Assembly (NCBI GenBank): GCA_963829525.1
Contig: CAWHIJ010000003.1
Coordinates: 1,920,001-1,984,000, forward strand
DNA length: 64,000 nucleotides
Direction of reading: 5' to 3'
Source: an uncultured Actinomycetota bacterium
GTDB lineage: Bacteria; Actinomycetota; Actinomycetes; JAHEKZ01
The position numbers and the translations under genes are program-made. Under the pieces are notes generated by a model. That model was given only the letters and a program-made list of their open reading frames with translations, was not told where the DNA came from and ran no database searches. Shown here piece by piece: positions 43,419-54,739 of this stretch (positions are counted from its first letter, which is position 1; each line of letters opens with the position of its first letter).

Positions 43419-44543
43419 GTGGAACCGCAACCAACTGATGCACCTCTCGATGCTGCGCCTGGACTTGTGCCCGAAGACGCCATCAGCCTCGGTGACCTGG
43501 AACCGCTGGCTCGGCAAAGGCTCACCGAGCGCACCTGGAACTACGTGGCCGGTGGCGCTGCCGACGAGCTCTCACTCGGCTGGAACGACTCAGCGTGGCA
43601 AGAGCTGCGCCTTGCGCCTCGGGTGCTTGCTGATGTTTCTGCAGTCGACACGTCCACGCACCTTCTGGGCCGAGATCTGGCGCATCCGATCCTGGTGGCC
43701 CCGACGGCCGCACACCGTCAGTACCACCCCGATGGTGAAGCGGCGACGCGACGTGGCACCGCCGATGCGGAGGCGCTGGCCGTGATGAGCACGCTGGGGT
43801 CGACGCCGGTGACAGACCTAGGAGCTGCCACCGATAGCCCATGGTGGTTCCAGCTCTACGTACAAGCCGACCGCGACTTCACCGCACGGCTCGTTGACGA
43901 CGTCGTTGCGGCTGGAGCCGAAGCTCTGGTGCTCACCGTCGACACTCCGTTGCTCGGTGCCCGCGATCGTGACCGAAGGACGGGCGGCCACACCGTCGAC
44001 GGGTTGCAGCCCCCAGCGCTTTCTGGCGTCCGACCCTCGGTGGTGCTGCCACCCGATCCGCGACCCTTCGAGCGGATCTACAGCCCGCACCTGGATCCGA
44101 GCCTGACGTGGGAAACACTCGAGTGGCTCGTCGACCGATCCCCTGTCCCTGTGCTGGCCAAGGGTGTCGTCCGCGCTGATGACGCGCAGCGGTGCGTGGA
44201 TGCCGGGGTCGGCGGCATCGTCGTCAGCAACCATGGAGCCCGGAACCTCGACACGGTGGTCGCAACTGCCCAGGCGCTTCCTGGCATCGTGCACGTTGTC
44301 GACGGAGCGGTGCCCGTCCTTGTCGACGGAGGTGTCCGCCGCGGCACGGACGTGGCCAAGGCGCTTGCCCTGGGCGCTGATGCGGTGATGCTCGGGCGTC
44401 CGGTGATCTGGGGACTCACCGTGGCCGGGGCCGGTGGCGTGCAGTGGGTGCTCGAGACACTGTGGAGCGAGTTCGCGATGGCAATGGGACTGCTCGGGGC
44501 TGCTCACGTCGACGAACTCACTCCTGACCTGATCTGGCGCTGA
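43419..44543 (+). CDS. FMN-dependent alpha-hydroxy acid oxidase/dehydrogenase
   Basis: YVAGGA, WFQLY, LTVD, KGV, SNHGARNLD, DGGVRRGTDV; -10 TAGGCT 7 nt before GTG suggests a leaderless mRNA. Confidence 0.93.
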   Translation: MEPQPTDAPLDAAPGLVPEDAISLGDLEPLARQRLTERTWNYVAGGAADELSLGWNDSAWQELRLAPRVLADVSAVDTSTHLLGRDLAHPILVAPTAAHRQYHPDGEAATRRGTADAEALAVMSTLGSTPVTDLGAATDSPWWFQLYVQADRDFTARLVDDVVAAGAEALVLTVDTPLLGARDRDRRTGGHTVDGLQPPALSGVRPSVVLPPDPRPFERIYSPHLDPSLTWETLEWLVDRSPVPVLAKGVVRADDAQRCVDAGVGGIVVSNHGARNLDTVVATAQALPGIVHVVDGAVPVLVDGGVRRGTDVAKALALGADAVMLGRPVIWGLTVAGAGGVQWVLETLWSEFAMAMGLLGAAHVDELTPDLIWR

Positions 44544-44566
44544 GGCGGGGCCGTCAGCACCAGAGG

Positions 44567-46249
<1,683 letters not shown>

Positions 46250-46348
46250 GCGACCACCTCCTACGAAAGGCCCGGCCAGGACAGGCGCGAAAGTGCGACT
46301 TGGTGCAAGGGCAGGGCGGTAGAGACCTTTGCGGGGCACACTAGCCCC

Positions 46349-46993
46349 ATGACCGACGAGATCGAGGCCATCAGGGCACGCCGACTACTCAGTAGCGGCG
46401 ACGGCGGGTTCGGCCAGCACCTCGACCTCGCAGAGCTGCTGACTACCCGCCGCGCGTCACCGATCAGCGTCTGGATCGACCCGATCTCACCCGCGACCGG
46501 TCTCTTCCTGCCGTACCTCGACATCGATGGGCACTCCAATGGCGGCCGGCCCTGGCGGTTCCGCGGTCATCACGAGGTTCGGCTGCGGCTCCTCCCCGAC
46601 CCCGACGACGAGCTGAGCGACCTCGCCGCCCGATGCATCGTGGCGGTTCGCGCCTGGGCGGTGGCGCGAGGTGCCGGCGATGAGCTCGTGCCGATGGACT
46701 ACGACGTCCCTTGGAGCTACCTCTACCAGCTGCAGCGGGATCTATCCGCCTTACGCACGCAGGGGCTGCCGTACCTGGTGGCTACCGCAGGTCGGGACGG
46801 TGACTGGCTCGGTGACTGGGTGTCGGAGTACTTCGATGCGCCAGAGGTTCACAGCGAGGTGGCTCGGGACGCTGCCACCGCCAGCGCGCTCAGCATCAAG
46901 GCAGCGCCGACGGTGATGGTGGGCGGAACGGTGTTCCGTGCCGAGGAGATGCCCGATGACATCGACACCCAGATCGAGCAGCTGCTCGGCTAG
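46349..46993 (+). CDS. DsbA/thioredoxin-fold-like protein lacking CxxC
   Basis: ISVWIDPISP at the usual DxxCP position, SDLAARC, EVARDAATASALSIKAAPTVMVGG (cis-Pro motif). Confidence 0.55.
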   Translation: MTDEIEAIRARRLLSSGDGGFGQHLDLAELLTTRRASPISVWIDPISPATGLFLPYLDIDGHSNGGRPWRFRGHHEVRLRLLPDPDDELSDLAARCIVAVRAWAVARGAGDELVPMDYDVPWSYLYQLQRDLSALRTQGLPYLVATAGRDGDWLGDWVSEYFDAPEVHSEVARDAATASALSIKAAPTVMVGGTVFRAEEMPDDIDTQIEQLLG

Positions 46994-47052
46994 CCCCCCA
47001 GGAACGTGCAAGTTGGCTGGGGCCATGGCCCCAGTGCACTTACACAATGTGG

Positions 47053-47889
47053 TTAGGGATCGGGTGTGGAGGCTGCTCGCTCGGCAAACGTTGCGCGAGC
47101 TCGCTCACTGACCGGCCCCACCTTGAGTGATGACGCGTCGTCCTTGCCCCAGACCACCCGGCTGATCGGCTGCACGTCGCGGGTCGAAGAGGTCAGGAAT
47201 GCCTCCTGAGCATCCTTGAGGGAGTCCAGGTGTAGGGCAGTCTCACGCGCACCGCACCATTCGACGACGAGCTCGCGCGTGATCCCGGCCAGGCAGCCGC
47301 TCTCCAGCGACGGGGTCAGCAGCTCACCGTCGAGCACGACAAAGATGTTGCTTCCGGTGCCCTCACACAACTGGCCGACGGTGTTGGCGAAGATCGCCTC
47401 GCTGGACTGCAGCCGGTGAGCACGGTCCAGGGCAACAACGTTCTCGGCGTAGGACGTGGTCTTGAGGCCGGAGACTGCCGAACGTTCGTTGCGCACCCAG
47501 GGGACGACAGCCACTGATGTCGAAGACTCCCAGGCGCTCTCGGGAGATACCGCCAGCGTCAGTGTCGTGCCGTCGCTTCCGCGGTCCGATCCCAGCGGGC
47601 CGGGCCCCCCGGTCAACGTGATGCGTAGACGGCCGGCGAGGGGCTCAGCCGCAAGCAGCTCGGCGATCCCAGCCCGAACGACCTCGTGGTCTGGTGTCGG
47701 CAGCCCGAGACCGTCCGCCGAACGGTCCAGACGCAGCAGATGCCGGGTGAGGGCGAACGGCTCCCCGCCGCTGACCTTGCAGGTCTCGAAGACGCCGTCG
47801 CCGACAGTGAAGCCGTGGTCGAAAGGCGAGATTCGAGCGTCGTCAGGCTCGGAGAGCCGACCGTTGACCCAGACCTTCATCGGACTCAC
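47053..47889 (-). CDS. Class IV aminotransferase / aminodeoxychorismate lyase family
   Basis: DHGFTVGDGVFET, HLLRL, LKTTSY, EGTGSNIF, LAGITR, EAFLTSS. Confidence 0.92.
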   Translation of the reverse strand: MSPMKVWVNGRLSEPDDARISPFDHGFTVGDGVFETCKVSGGEPFALTRHLLRLDRSADGLGLPTPDHEVVRAGIAELLAAEPLAGRLRITLTGGPGPLGSDRGSDGTTLTLAVSPESAWESSTSVAVVPWVRNERSAVSGLKTTSYAENVVALDRAHRLQSSEAIFANTVGQLCEGTGSNIFVVLDGELLTPSLESGCLAGITRELVVEWCGARETALHLDSLKDAQEAFLTSSTRDVQPISRVVWGKDDASSLKVGPVSERARATFAERAASTPDP

Positions 47890-47964
47890 ACCTTCACGGA
47901 ACGTTCGCTGACCTCTGACGACGGCAAGTTACCTCAAGGGAGCCGGCTGAGCGGTAGAGGCAAG

Positions 47965-48980
47965 CTACGGCAACGGGGCGGACTGGGCTGCGACCGCGAG
48001 CAGCCGGTTCGCCTTCAGCTCGGTCTCGTCCCATTCCCGGGCGGCATCTGAGCCCCAGGTGATGCCTGCCCCAGTCCCGAAGTAGAGGCGCTCGGCGTCG
48101 CCCCAGAAGGTACGGATGCCGACGGCCAGGGAGGCGCTTCGCGTGTCAGCGTCCACCCAACCAACAGCCCCGCAGTAGGGGCCACGAGGCGCCATCTCGA
48201 TCTCGTCGATCAAGCGGAGAGCCGACGACTTTGGCGCGCCGGTGATCGAACCCGGAGGGAAGGTCGCCTCGAGAATCTCCACCCATCCGACGTCGGGCCG
48301 CAGACTGCCCCGGACCGTGGAGACCAGGTGGACAAGCCCCGGGTGCTCTTCGTGGCGGAGCAGCGACGAGACCTGGACACTGCCCGTGGCAGCGACGCGT
48401 CCAATGTCGTTGCGCACGAGGTCGACGATCATGATGTTCTCGGCGGTGTCCTTGTCGAGCAGGTCCGCAGCGGTACGCCCGGTGCCTTTGATCGGTGACG
48501 ACTCAAGCAGGTCGCCGTCACGCCGGAGGAAGAGCTCTGGCGACGCGCTGACCACCTCGACGCCGTGCTCGGGCAGCATCACCACGCCGGCATGCGGCGC
48601 TGGGTGGTCTCGGGCCAGGAGCTCGGCCAGTCCACGCAGGTCCCGGCCATCGCGGGATGCGGCGAGGATGCGGCAGATGTTCGCCTGGTACACGGTGCCG
48701 GCGGCAATCGCGGCGCGAATCTGCTCGACTGCGTTCATGTACTGCCCGCGGTTCATCGACGACGCCCACGCAGATCGCCGAACAGCGCGCCACGGCGTTG
48801 TCGACCCTTGCCGTTCGTGTCGGAACCCGCTCGATACGTCCGAATCGGGCCGCGGTGAAGTGCCCTTCGTAGGTGTGCACCACGTGCCCACCAGCCACTT
48901 CCGTCCAGGCATGCCGGGTCGTTGCTGACCTCCTCGAGCCCGGTGGCCAGCATGTCTCCGAAGCGCGCGAATGGTTTCAT
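47965..48980 (-). CDS. Chorismate-binding protein (PabB/TrpE component I-like); frameshifts in the 5' part
   Basis: VYQANICR, SASPELFL, SPIKGT, AENIMIVDLVRND, TFPPGSITGAPK, GAGITWGS; start MKPFARFG. Confidence 0.9.
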
Positions 48981-48996
48981 CGAAAGCGCCGCTCGC

Positions 48997-50586
48997 TCAG
49001 TCGAGCGAACCGGCGACGCCCTCGGCCGCCGCCACGAGGTCGGGAAGCAGCACGTCAACGGCAGCAAGCTGTGGGGCCACTTCGCGGTCGACGTTCATGA
49101 CAGGAACGTGCTCGACGCAGCAAGGCATGAGCGGCAGCCACCGCTGGGCTCGGGGCCGCCGTCGCAGCGCGCAGGTCAATCGCCTGCGCTGCGCAGACCA
49201 TCTCGACCGCAAGGACACTGCGAACATTGCGCACGACCTCGCGCAGCTTGCGCATCGACGTCCACCCCATCGAGACGTGGTCCTCCTGGTTTCCCGAGGT
49301 CGGAATCGTGTCGACGCTGCTCGGGTGCGCGAGCACCTTGTTCTCGCTGACCAGGGACGCCGCCGTGTACTGCGCGAGCATGAACCCGCTGTTGGTGCCG
49401 GCCGCTGGTGCAAGGAAGGGCGGCAGCCCGCGCGAGAAAGCCGGGTCGAGCATGCGGTCGGTCCGCCGCTCGCTGATGGACGCGAGCTCGGAGATGGCGA
49501 TTGCCAGCATGTCGCCGGCGAAGGCGAGCGGCTCACCGTGGAAGTTGCCCGGTCGACATGACCTCGTAGTCGGTCGCCGTCCGGCGTCGGCACGATCACG
49601 GGGTTGTCGACGACGGCTCCGAGCTCGACGGTCAGCACCGACGCCACGTGGCTAGGACGTCGCGCACGGCCCCATGTACCTGCGGCGCGCAGCGCAGCGA
49701 GTAGGAGTCCTGTACGGCGTGCTCGAGGTCATGGCGGTGGCTGGCGAGCAGCCCCGAGCCCGCCAGCAGCCGGCGCAGGTTGTCGGCGACGCGCAGCTGG
49801 CCGACGTGGGGACGGATGTCGATCACCCGGGCATCGAATGCGCGGTCGGTGCCCAGCAGGCCGTCCAGCGACATTGCGCACGCCAGGTCGGCAACCTTGA
49901 CCAGCAGGCGAGCATTGGTCGACCGAGAGCGCCAACCGGGCCTGCATCGGCTCGGTGCCGTTGATCAGGCTGAGCCCCTCCTTCGGCTGCAGCACCAGCG
50001 GTTCGATGCCCTCCTCGGCGAGCAGCTCGGCGGCTGGGCTCCCCCACAGATCGGTCGACCCGGCGCGCCGCAGACGGCCCTCGCCGACGAGCGGCAGGGC
50101 AAGGTGGGCGAGCTGGGCCAGGTCACCCGAGGCACCGACGCTGCCTTGTCCGGGGATGACCGGCAGCAGGCCGCGTTCGAGGAGCAGGAGCAGCCGCTCC
50201 GGCAGCTCGACCCGCACCCCGCTGATGCCGACCGAGAGAGTGCGCGCGCGCAACAGGAGCAACGCCCGGACCACGTCGTCAGCGAGGGGGTCGCCCACCC
50301 CTGCGGCGTGGGAGCGGATCAGGGCCAGCTGCATGGCAGCGAGGTCCCCAGGGGCGATGCGGGTGTTGGCCAGTGCCCCGAATCCGGTGGTGATTCCGTA
50401 CATCACCCGGTTCTCGGCGACGGCTCGCTCGACGACCTCGCGGGTAGGGGCCATCCGGGCGGCGACACCGGCGTCCAGAGTGGTCGCTCGGCGAGCTCGC
50501 GCGACGTCGACCACCTCATCGAGCTCAGGGCATCGCCGGTGACGACCAGGGGCTGGGTGACTGCACGCTTCCGACACGCCCGTCAC
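48997..50586 (-). CDS. hutH: Histidine ammonia-lyase (multiple frameshifts)
   Basis: [14 protein letters not shown] (His-specific SH), GSVGASGDL (MIO), [47 protein letters not shown]. Confidence 0.92.
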
Positions 50587-50677
50587 GGTATCCCCTCGGC
50601 CACAGCGCCCGCTTTGGGCTGACCTGCGAGGATCGGCTATCGTTGCCGTTCGCCAGCCCTCACAAGGGGCTGGATTC

Positions 50678-50750
50678 GCGGACGTAGCGCAGCTGGTAGC
50701 GCATCACCTTGCCAAGGTGAGGGTCGCGGGTTCGAATCCCGTCGTCCGCT
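50678..50750 (+). tRNA. tRNA-Gly(GCC)
   Basis: GCGGACG...TCACC-TT-GCC-AA-GGTGA...GGTTCGAATCC...CGTCCGC-T. Confidence 0.97.
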
Positions 50751-50789
50751 CGGAGGGTCTCGCCTAGTCTCACCTGGCAGGCCTGCTCC

Positions 50790-50860
50790 GGTGGAGTGGC
50801 CGAGAGGCGAGGCAACGGCCTGCAAAGCCGTCTACACGGGTTCAAATCCCGTCTCCACCT
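50790..50860 (+). tRNA. tRNA-Cys(GCA)
   Basis: GGTGGAG...ACGGC-CT-GCA-AA-GCCGT...GGTTCAAATCC...CTCCACC-T. Confidence 0.97.
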
Positions 50861-50911
50861 CGCAGCACGAGTACGAACGAGTCGTACCGCACGAAACCGC
50901 AGCAGTACCGC

Positions 50912-50989
50912 GGGCGATTGGCGCAGTCTGGCTAGCGCGCTTCCCTGACACGGAAGAGGTCACAGGTTCAAGTCCTGTATCGCCCACCA
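50912..50989 (+). tRNA. tRNA-Val(GAC)
   Basis: GGGCGAT...CTTCC-CT-GAC-AC-GGAAG...GGTTCAAGTCC...ATCGCCC-A-CCA. Confidence 0.97.
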
Positions 50990-51138
50990 CGTTCCACCAG
51001 CAAGTATGCGCGAAGGTGAGCACAGAAGAGGTCCAGCGTCCCTTGCCGGCTGCCTGTTGAGCAGTCTGCACATCCGTTGGCCGGGCACACAGACATGAGC
51101 CGGTCGCACCCAGGCGCCAAAGAACAGCGTGCGGCACT

Positions 51139-51192
51139 CCATGTCTCGCGCGTTCACCGCTCCCGCCATGTCTCGCGCGTTCACCGCTCCCG
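51139..51192. repeat. Perfect 27-bp tandem duplication
   Basis: CCATGTCTCGCGCGTTCACCGCTCCCG twice. Confidence 0.9.
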
Positions 51193-51279
51193 CGCGTGGA
51201 AATGGTCGTACGCGACGAAGAACAGGGCCACCGCCGCCATCACTACGTCCCCGGCCATGATGTCCTCGAATAGGTTCAT
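51181..51279 (-). CDS. Small 32-aa hydrophobic protein MNLFEDIMAGDVVMAAVALFFVAYDHFHARER (below ORF-track cutoff)
   Basis: ATG 51279, AAGGTGG RBS, TGA 51181-83, hydrophobic core, SigF/SigB-type promoter upstream. Confidence 0.6.
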   Translation of the reverse strand: MNLFEDIMAGDVVMAAVALFFVAYDHFHARER

Positions 51280-51323
51280 TTCGCACCCACCTTGTCGTTG
51301 ACGGGGATGGCGATGGTGAACCT

Positions 51324-51349
51324 TTACCCGCAGTCGAACAGGTCAAACC
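51324..51349 (-). promoter_or_regulatory. SigB/SigF-type promoter for the small protein
   Basis: GGTTT-N15-GGGTAA. Confidence 0.65.
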
Positions 51350-51709
51350 CTCGTCGCACGGCCCCTAAGCCGGGCGGCACCGCGTAGTCGCCAATGTCTA
51401 AGAAACGACCACCTGGCCCACGGTTCCCTGACGGAATCCGCCAAGCGACGGCCAGGGCTGACGGTGCTGCCCACCGAATGTCACACCGGCAGCGAACCAG
51501 AACGGTGACGACGCGGTGAGCAGCACCGAGCTCTACGCTCGGAGGAACCTCCAGGCGTCGATAGTTGGTCACTTTCGACCCGACACGGTTCGGGTGTCGG
51601 GACCGATGGAGCGGGGCTTAGGTCTCTGGTTGCCGTAGGAGAGCCGTAGGAGCGTGGTGGGTGATCCCAGTGTGTCCCTTCACTTGCGATGCGATGGAAG
51701 GTGAGTGGC

Positions 51710-52307
51710 GTGCGACGGCAAAGGTGGGTAAGGGTGGGACTGATCGGTGTAATCGGGGCGCTGGTGGTCGCCCCGGCGCCGGGGATGTCGACGGCGGCAC
51801 CGCCGGGGTGAGTTCTTCAAGTACCCGCTCCGAGGAGTTGCCGGATACGAACATGCGGACAATGCGTTACCGCACGATGCGCGACGGGCCGTTCACCCAG
51901 ATCTCCGCGGCTTCTACCACACTTGTGGGCTCCGGGAGTCCGGCAAGGCGGTCTGCTGGGGAGTCAACTACCACGGTCAGTCCAAGGACAAGCCCGGACC
52001 GTTCACCCAGATCTCCGCGGGCGGACGCCACACCTGCGGGCTCCGGGAGTCCGGCAAAGCTGTCTGCTGGGGCTGGAATCGCTTCGGTCAGTCCAAGGAC
52101 AAGCCCGGACCGTTCACCCAGATCTCCGCGGGCGGACCCACACCTGCGGGCTCCGGGAGTCCGGCAAAGCGGTCTGCTGGGCGGAATCGCTTCGGTCAGT
52201 CCAAGGACAAGCCCGGACCGTTCACCCAGATCTCCGCGGGCGGGCTCCACACCTGCGGGCTCCGGGAGTCCGGTAAAGCGGTCTGCTGGGGCAGAGACAC
52301 TCGCTGA
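51710..52307 (+). CDS. Secreted RCC1/BLIP-II-type repeat protein (frameshifted)
   Basis: GAAGG RBS; signal peptide MRRQRWVRVGLIGVIGALVVAPAPGMSTA; 37-aa units GPFTQISAGxxHTCGLRESGKAVCWGxNxxGQSKDKP. Confidence 0.75.
51886..52307 (+). repeat. Near-identical 111-bp tandem repeat, 3 full + 1 partial copy
   Basis: Units start at 51886, 51996, 52107, 52215 (lengths 110, 111, 108, partial). Confidence 0.95.
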
Positions 52308-53070
52308 CCACGACTCCGGTCACCACAACCAGAGATTCGCCGCGGGGGGTCGTCGTCCGCACCGTCAAGTCGGGCATTCAGCTGGAGAGTTGAGCAGAGC
52401 TGACACCCGCGTTGAAATCGATGTTCAACAACGGCAACCATTCGCGGTGGCTACCTGACGAGTCTTGGCCCACCAGTCGCAGACCTCGGCTGTGTTTTCA
52501 CGCGCGACGACCGGAGCAGTTTCATGTCCAATCGCCGGACAGGCGGGCGGCCCTGGCTTATCGTTCACTTGCGGCCCTGACGCACTCCCCCCGAGCGGTT
52601 AGGGCCGCCCCACCGCGGGAGCGGATTAGCCTTGCCTCTGTTCGTCGATGAGTGCTCGTGTCAGCGCTGGCGTCCGCGACTTCTCGAAGATTGCGGGTGG
52701 AGCGCTCCTCCATCAGGGGCTTGATCGAGTCGATCTGCTCTTGCGTTGCGTCTTCGAACGCGGCGATGGTCCTGGCGTTGGCTGCCTTTGGTTCTGAGGC
52801 GGACTCCTTTGCAGCCGCAAGAGCGGCGCCCAGAGAGATACGAGAACCAATTGCCCTTTGTGCCGAGCGCTCATCGCGCTCTTGACAGCGCGGGTCAATG
52901 CCGATGAACGTCTCAAGACAGACCTCCTGAATGTCCCGCCGCGATCATATTCAAGCTTTCTGTGCGTTCCCTAACTCTGTCCGACCAACCCCTACAACCC
53001 TTATCCCCGCAGGGAATACGGATGCATTGAGCCGGATCACCTAGGCGCTCGATCAGCTGTGTCGGTGGAG

Positions 53071-53430
53071 TCAGGCGTTGGATGGATCGGTCTGCGCCAT
53101 TCGCTCGTAGACGTGCCTGACTTCCTGGCTGTCGGTTGCGACGGTGACCACTTGGTCGAGCCCAGCGACTCCGATCATGCGCGCGACCTTTGGCTGCGCG
53201 TGAAGGACATACACTTCACCGTCCTGTAACTGGCATCGGTGATAGGCCTGCACCAGCAGCGACAACCCGGTGCTATCCATGAAACTCACGTGCTCGACAT
53301 CAATGATCACCAAGGCTGGGCAATCTCTCAGCGCAAGCTCGATGTCAGCGCGATGATCCTCATACCAGTCGAGGTCGATCTCGCCGAAGAGTCCGATGCG
53401 GAGCCATTGACTGCTCTTTTCGATCTTCAT
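53071..53430 (-). CDS. STAS-domain anti-sigma factor antagonist (RsbV/SpoIIAA-like)
   Basis: LFGEIDL, VIIDVEHVSFMDSTGLSLLV with the phospho-acceptor Ser, AGLDQV. Confidence 0.9.
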   Translation of the reverse strand: MKIEKSSQWLRIGLFGEIDLDWYEDHRADIELALRDCPALVIIDVEHVSFMDSTGLSLLVQAYHRCQLQDGEVYVLHAQPKVARMIGVAGLDQVVTVATDSQEVRHVYERMAQTDPSNA

Positions 53431-53498
53431 CGTGCACTCCACAGTGCGTCTGGATGAGCGGCGTATGGCCATACTGGAGAGCCATCGGGCATCTGGCT

Positions 53499-53522
53499 GT
53501 ACCCGTAATACACAAGATAAGC
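53499..53522 (-). promoter_or_regulatory. Putative SigB-type promoter for the STAS gene
   Basis: GCTT-N14-GGGTAC (GNNT-N14-16-GGGTAY form). Confidence 0.45.
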
Positions 53523-53588
53523 GCCGAGTCTTACACGCGCAATCATTTTCGCAGGAACGCTGCTCACTCAGCCCGTACCGCCGATTGT

Positions 53589-54599
53589 TCAGTGACAGGT
53601 GCCTGTGGAGTGGTCGGTTACCACGCTGCCGCGCAGGGTGTCAACGAAGTCGGCTGTCCAGCCGTTGGGTTCTAAGGTCATTCGCAGATAACCAAACGTC
53701 TTGGCTTTCGCCACGGGCTGCGGTACGGCGTCCAACTTGATCGCGTTCAGCGACACTCCACCGGTTCCCACAAGGTATTCCGTCGGGCCTTGCGCGTCCG
53801 GTTGGTCGGTCGTGGGGTTCAATGCGGCGAACCGCTGGTAGTTGTGGGCGTGACCGTTGAAGACCACATCGGCCCTATAGCTGTACAACAACTTCCACCA
53901 GGGCCGGAAGGTCGCAGTGGGAGTAAGCCTTGTTGCCGTGTAGAGAGGCTTGTGCCAATACGCTGCGATACACGGCTTCGGCTCGGTACTTGTTGCATTC
54001 GCTTCGAGGACGTTCTTGAGCCACACCGTCTGCGGACTGGTGGCGCCGCACCCGCCCACTCCAGGCTTGGAGCACTCCGAGTTGAGACTGATGAACAGCC
54101 ACGAGCCCAGGGCATAGGAGTACTTGCCGGTGGTACTGGGGGAAGCACTCAGTCCGAAGTAGTTGAAGTACGTGGTCGCCGCAGAGCGGTTGCTGCTAGG
54201 GCATCCCGGCCCAGTGAAGTATTCGTGATTTCCCACGGCCGGTGACACAACCGAATCGAACTGACCCCACGACGGGGTGTAGCTGGCCGCGTAGTCTTCG
54301 GGAGCTCCACAGTCGTACTGGTAGTCACCAAGTCCCACGAGCCTGTCGACTGACTGGATGGCCGTGTCAGTCGCGGCTGCGTTGGCCACCTTTAGCTGGT
54401 TGCAGTGCGTGGAGTCACCTAAGCCGTTCTTGAAGTACGAACTGGCCGGGTCACATGCCATGTCGCCAACGGCGATGATCTCCGGGTCGCCCGCCGTCGT
54501 CTCCCCGGCTGCGTTGGTCGTCGCTACGCCGGTCGTGGCGAGTAACGCGGCGGCGGTGGCGCAAACCGTCGCTGCTGCGATTCCAATGGTTTGCTTCAT
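53589..54599 (-). CDS. Secreted calcineurin-like metallophosphoesterase
   Basis: Signal peptide; GDM, GLGDYQY, GNHEY, YWHKP, NGHAHNYQR, VGTGG. Confidence 0.9.
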   Translation of the reverse strand: MKQTIGIAAATVCATAAALLATTGVATTNAAGETTAGDPEIIAVGDMACDPASSYFKNGLGDSTHCNQLKVANAAATDTAIQSVDRLVGLGDYQYDCGAPEDYAASYTPSWGQFDSVVSPAVGNHEYFTGPGCPSSNRSAATTYFNYFGLSASPSTTGKYSYALGSWLFISLNSECSKPGVGGCGATSPQTVWLKNVLEANATSTEPKPCIAAYWHKPLYTATRLTPTATFRPWWKLLYSYRADVVFNGHAHNYQRFAALNPTTDQPDAQGPTEYLVGTGGVSLNAIKLDAVPQPVAKAKTFGYLRMTLEPNGWTADFVDTLRGSVVTDHSTGTCH

Positions 54600-54712
54600 G
54601 GCGTTTCAAACATTGGTGGCGTCCTCTGGTGGGGCGAGCCGAGGCGGAACGGGCCCCCGGCGGCACCGTTGCAGACGCTAACACCGCGCCGCGTTGGTGC
54701 CTACCCCCCTCG

Positions 54713-54739
54713 CTACCCTCTTCGTGCACTTCTGAATCC
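54713..54739 (-). promoter_or_regulatory. Putative SigF-type promoter for the metallophosphoesterase
   Basis: GGATT-N16-GGGTAG (GGWWT-N16-17-GGGTAY form, one mismatch). Confidence 0.4.

Noticed and set aside
50960-51346. ORF-track entry labelled + strand, 128 aa
   Set aside because: The given translation reads from the minus strand (TTG at 51346), runs antisense into tRNA-Val and has no recognisable motif; the 32-aa ORF in another frame is better supported
51886-52307. CRISPR array or DGR template/variable repeat
   Set aside because: Units are 37-codon RCC1 repeats; variable parts are only 6-12 nt, not adenine-specific; no cas or reverse transcriptase gene in the window
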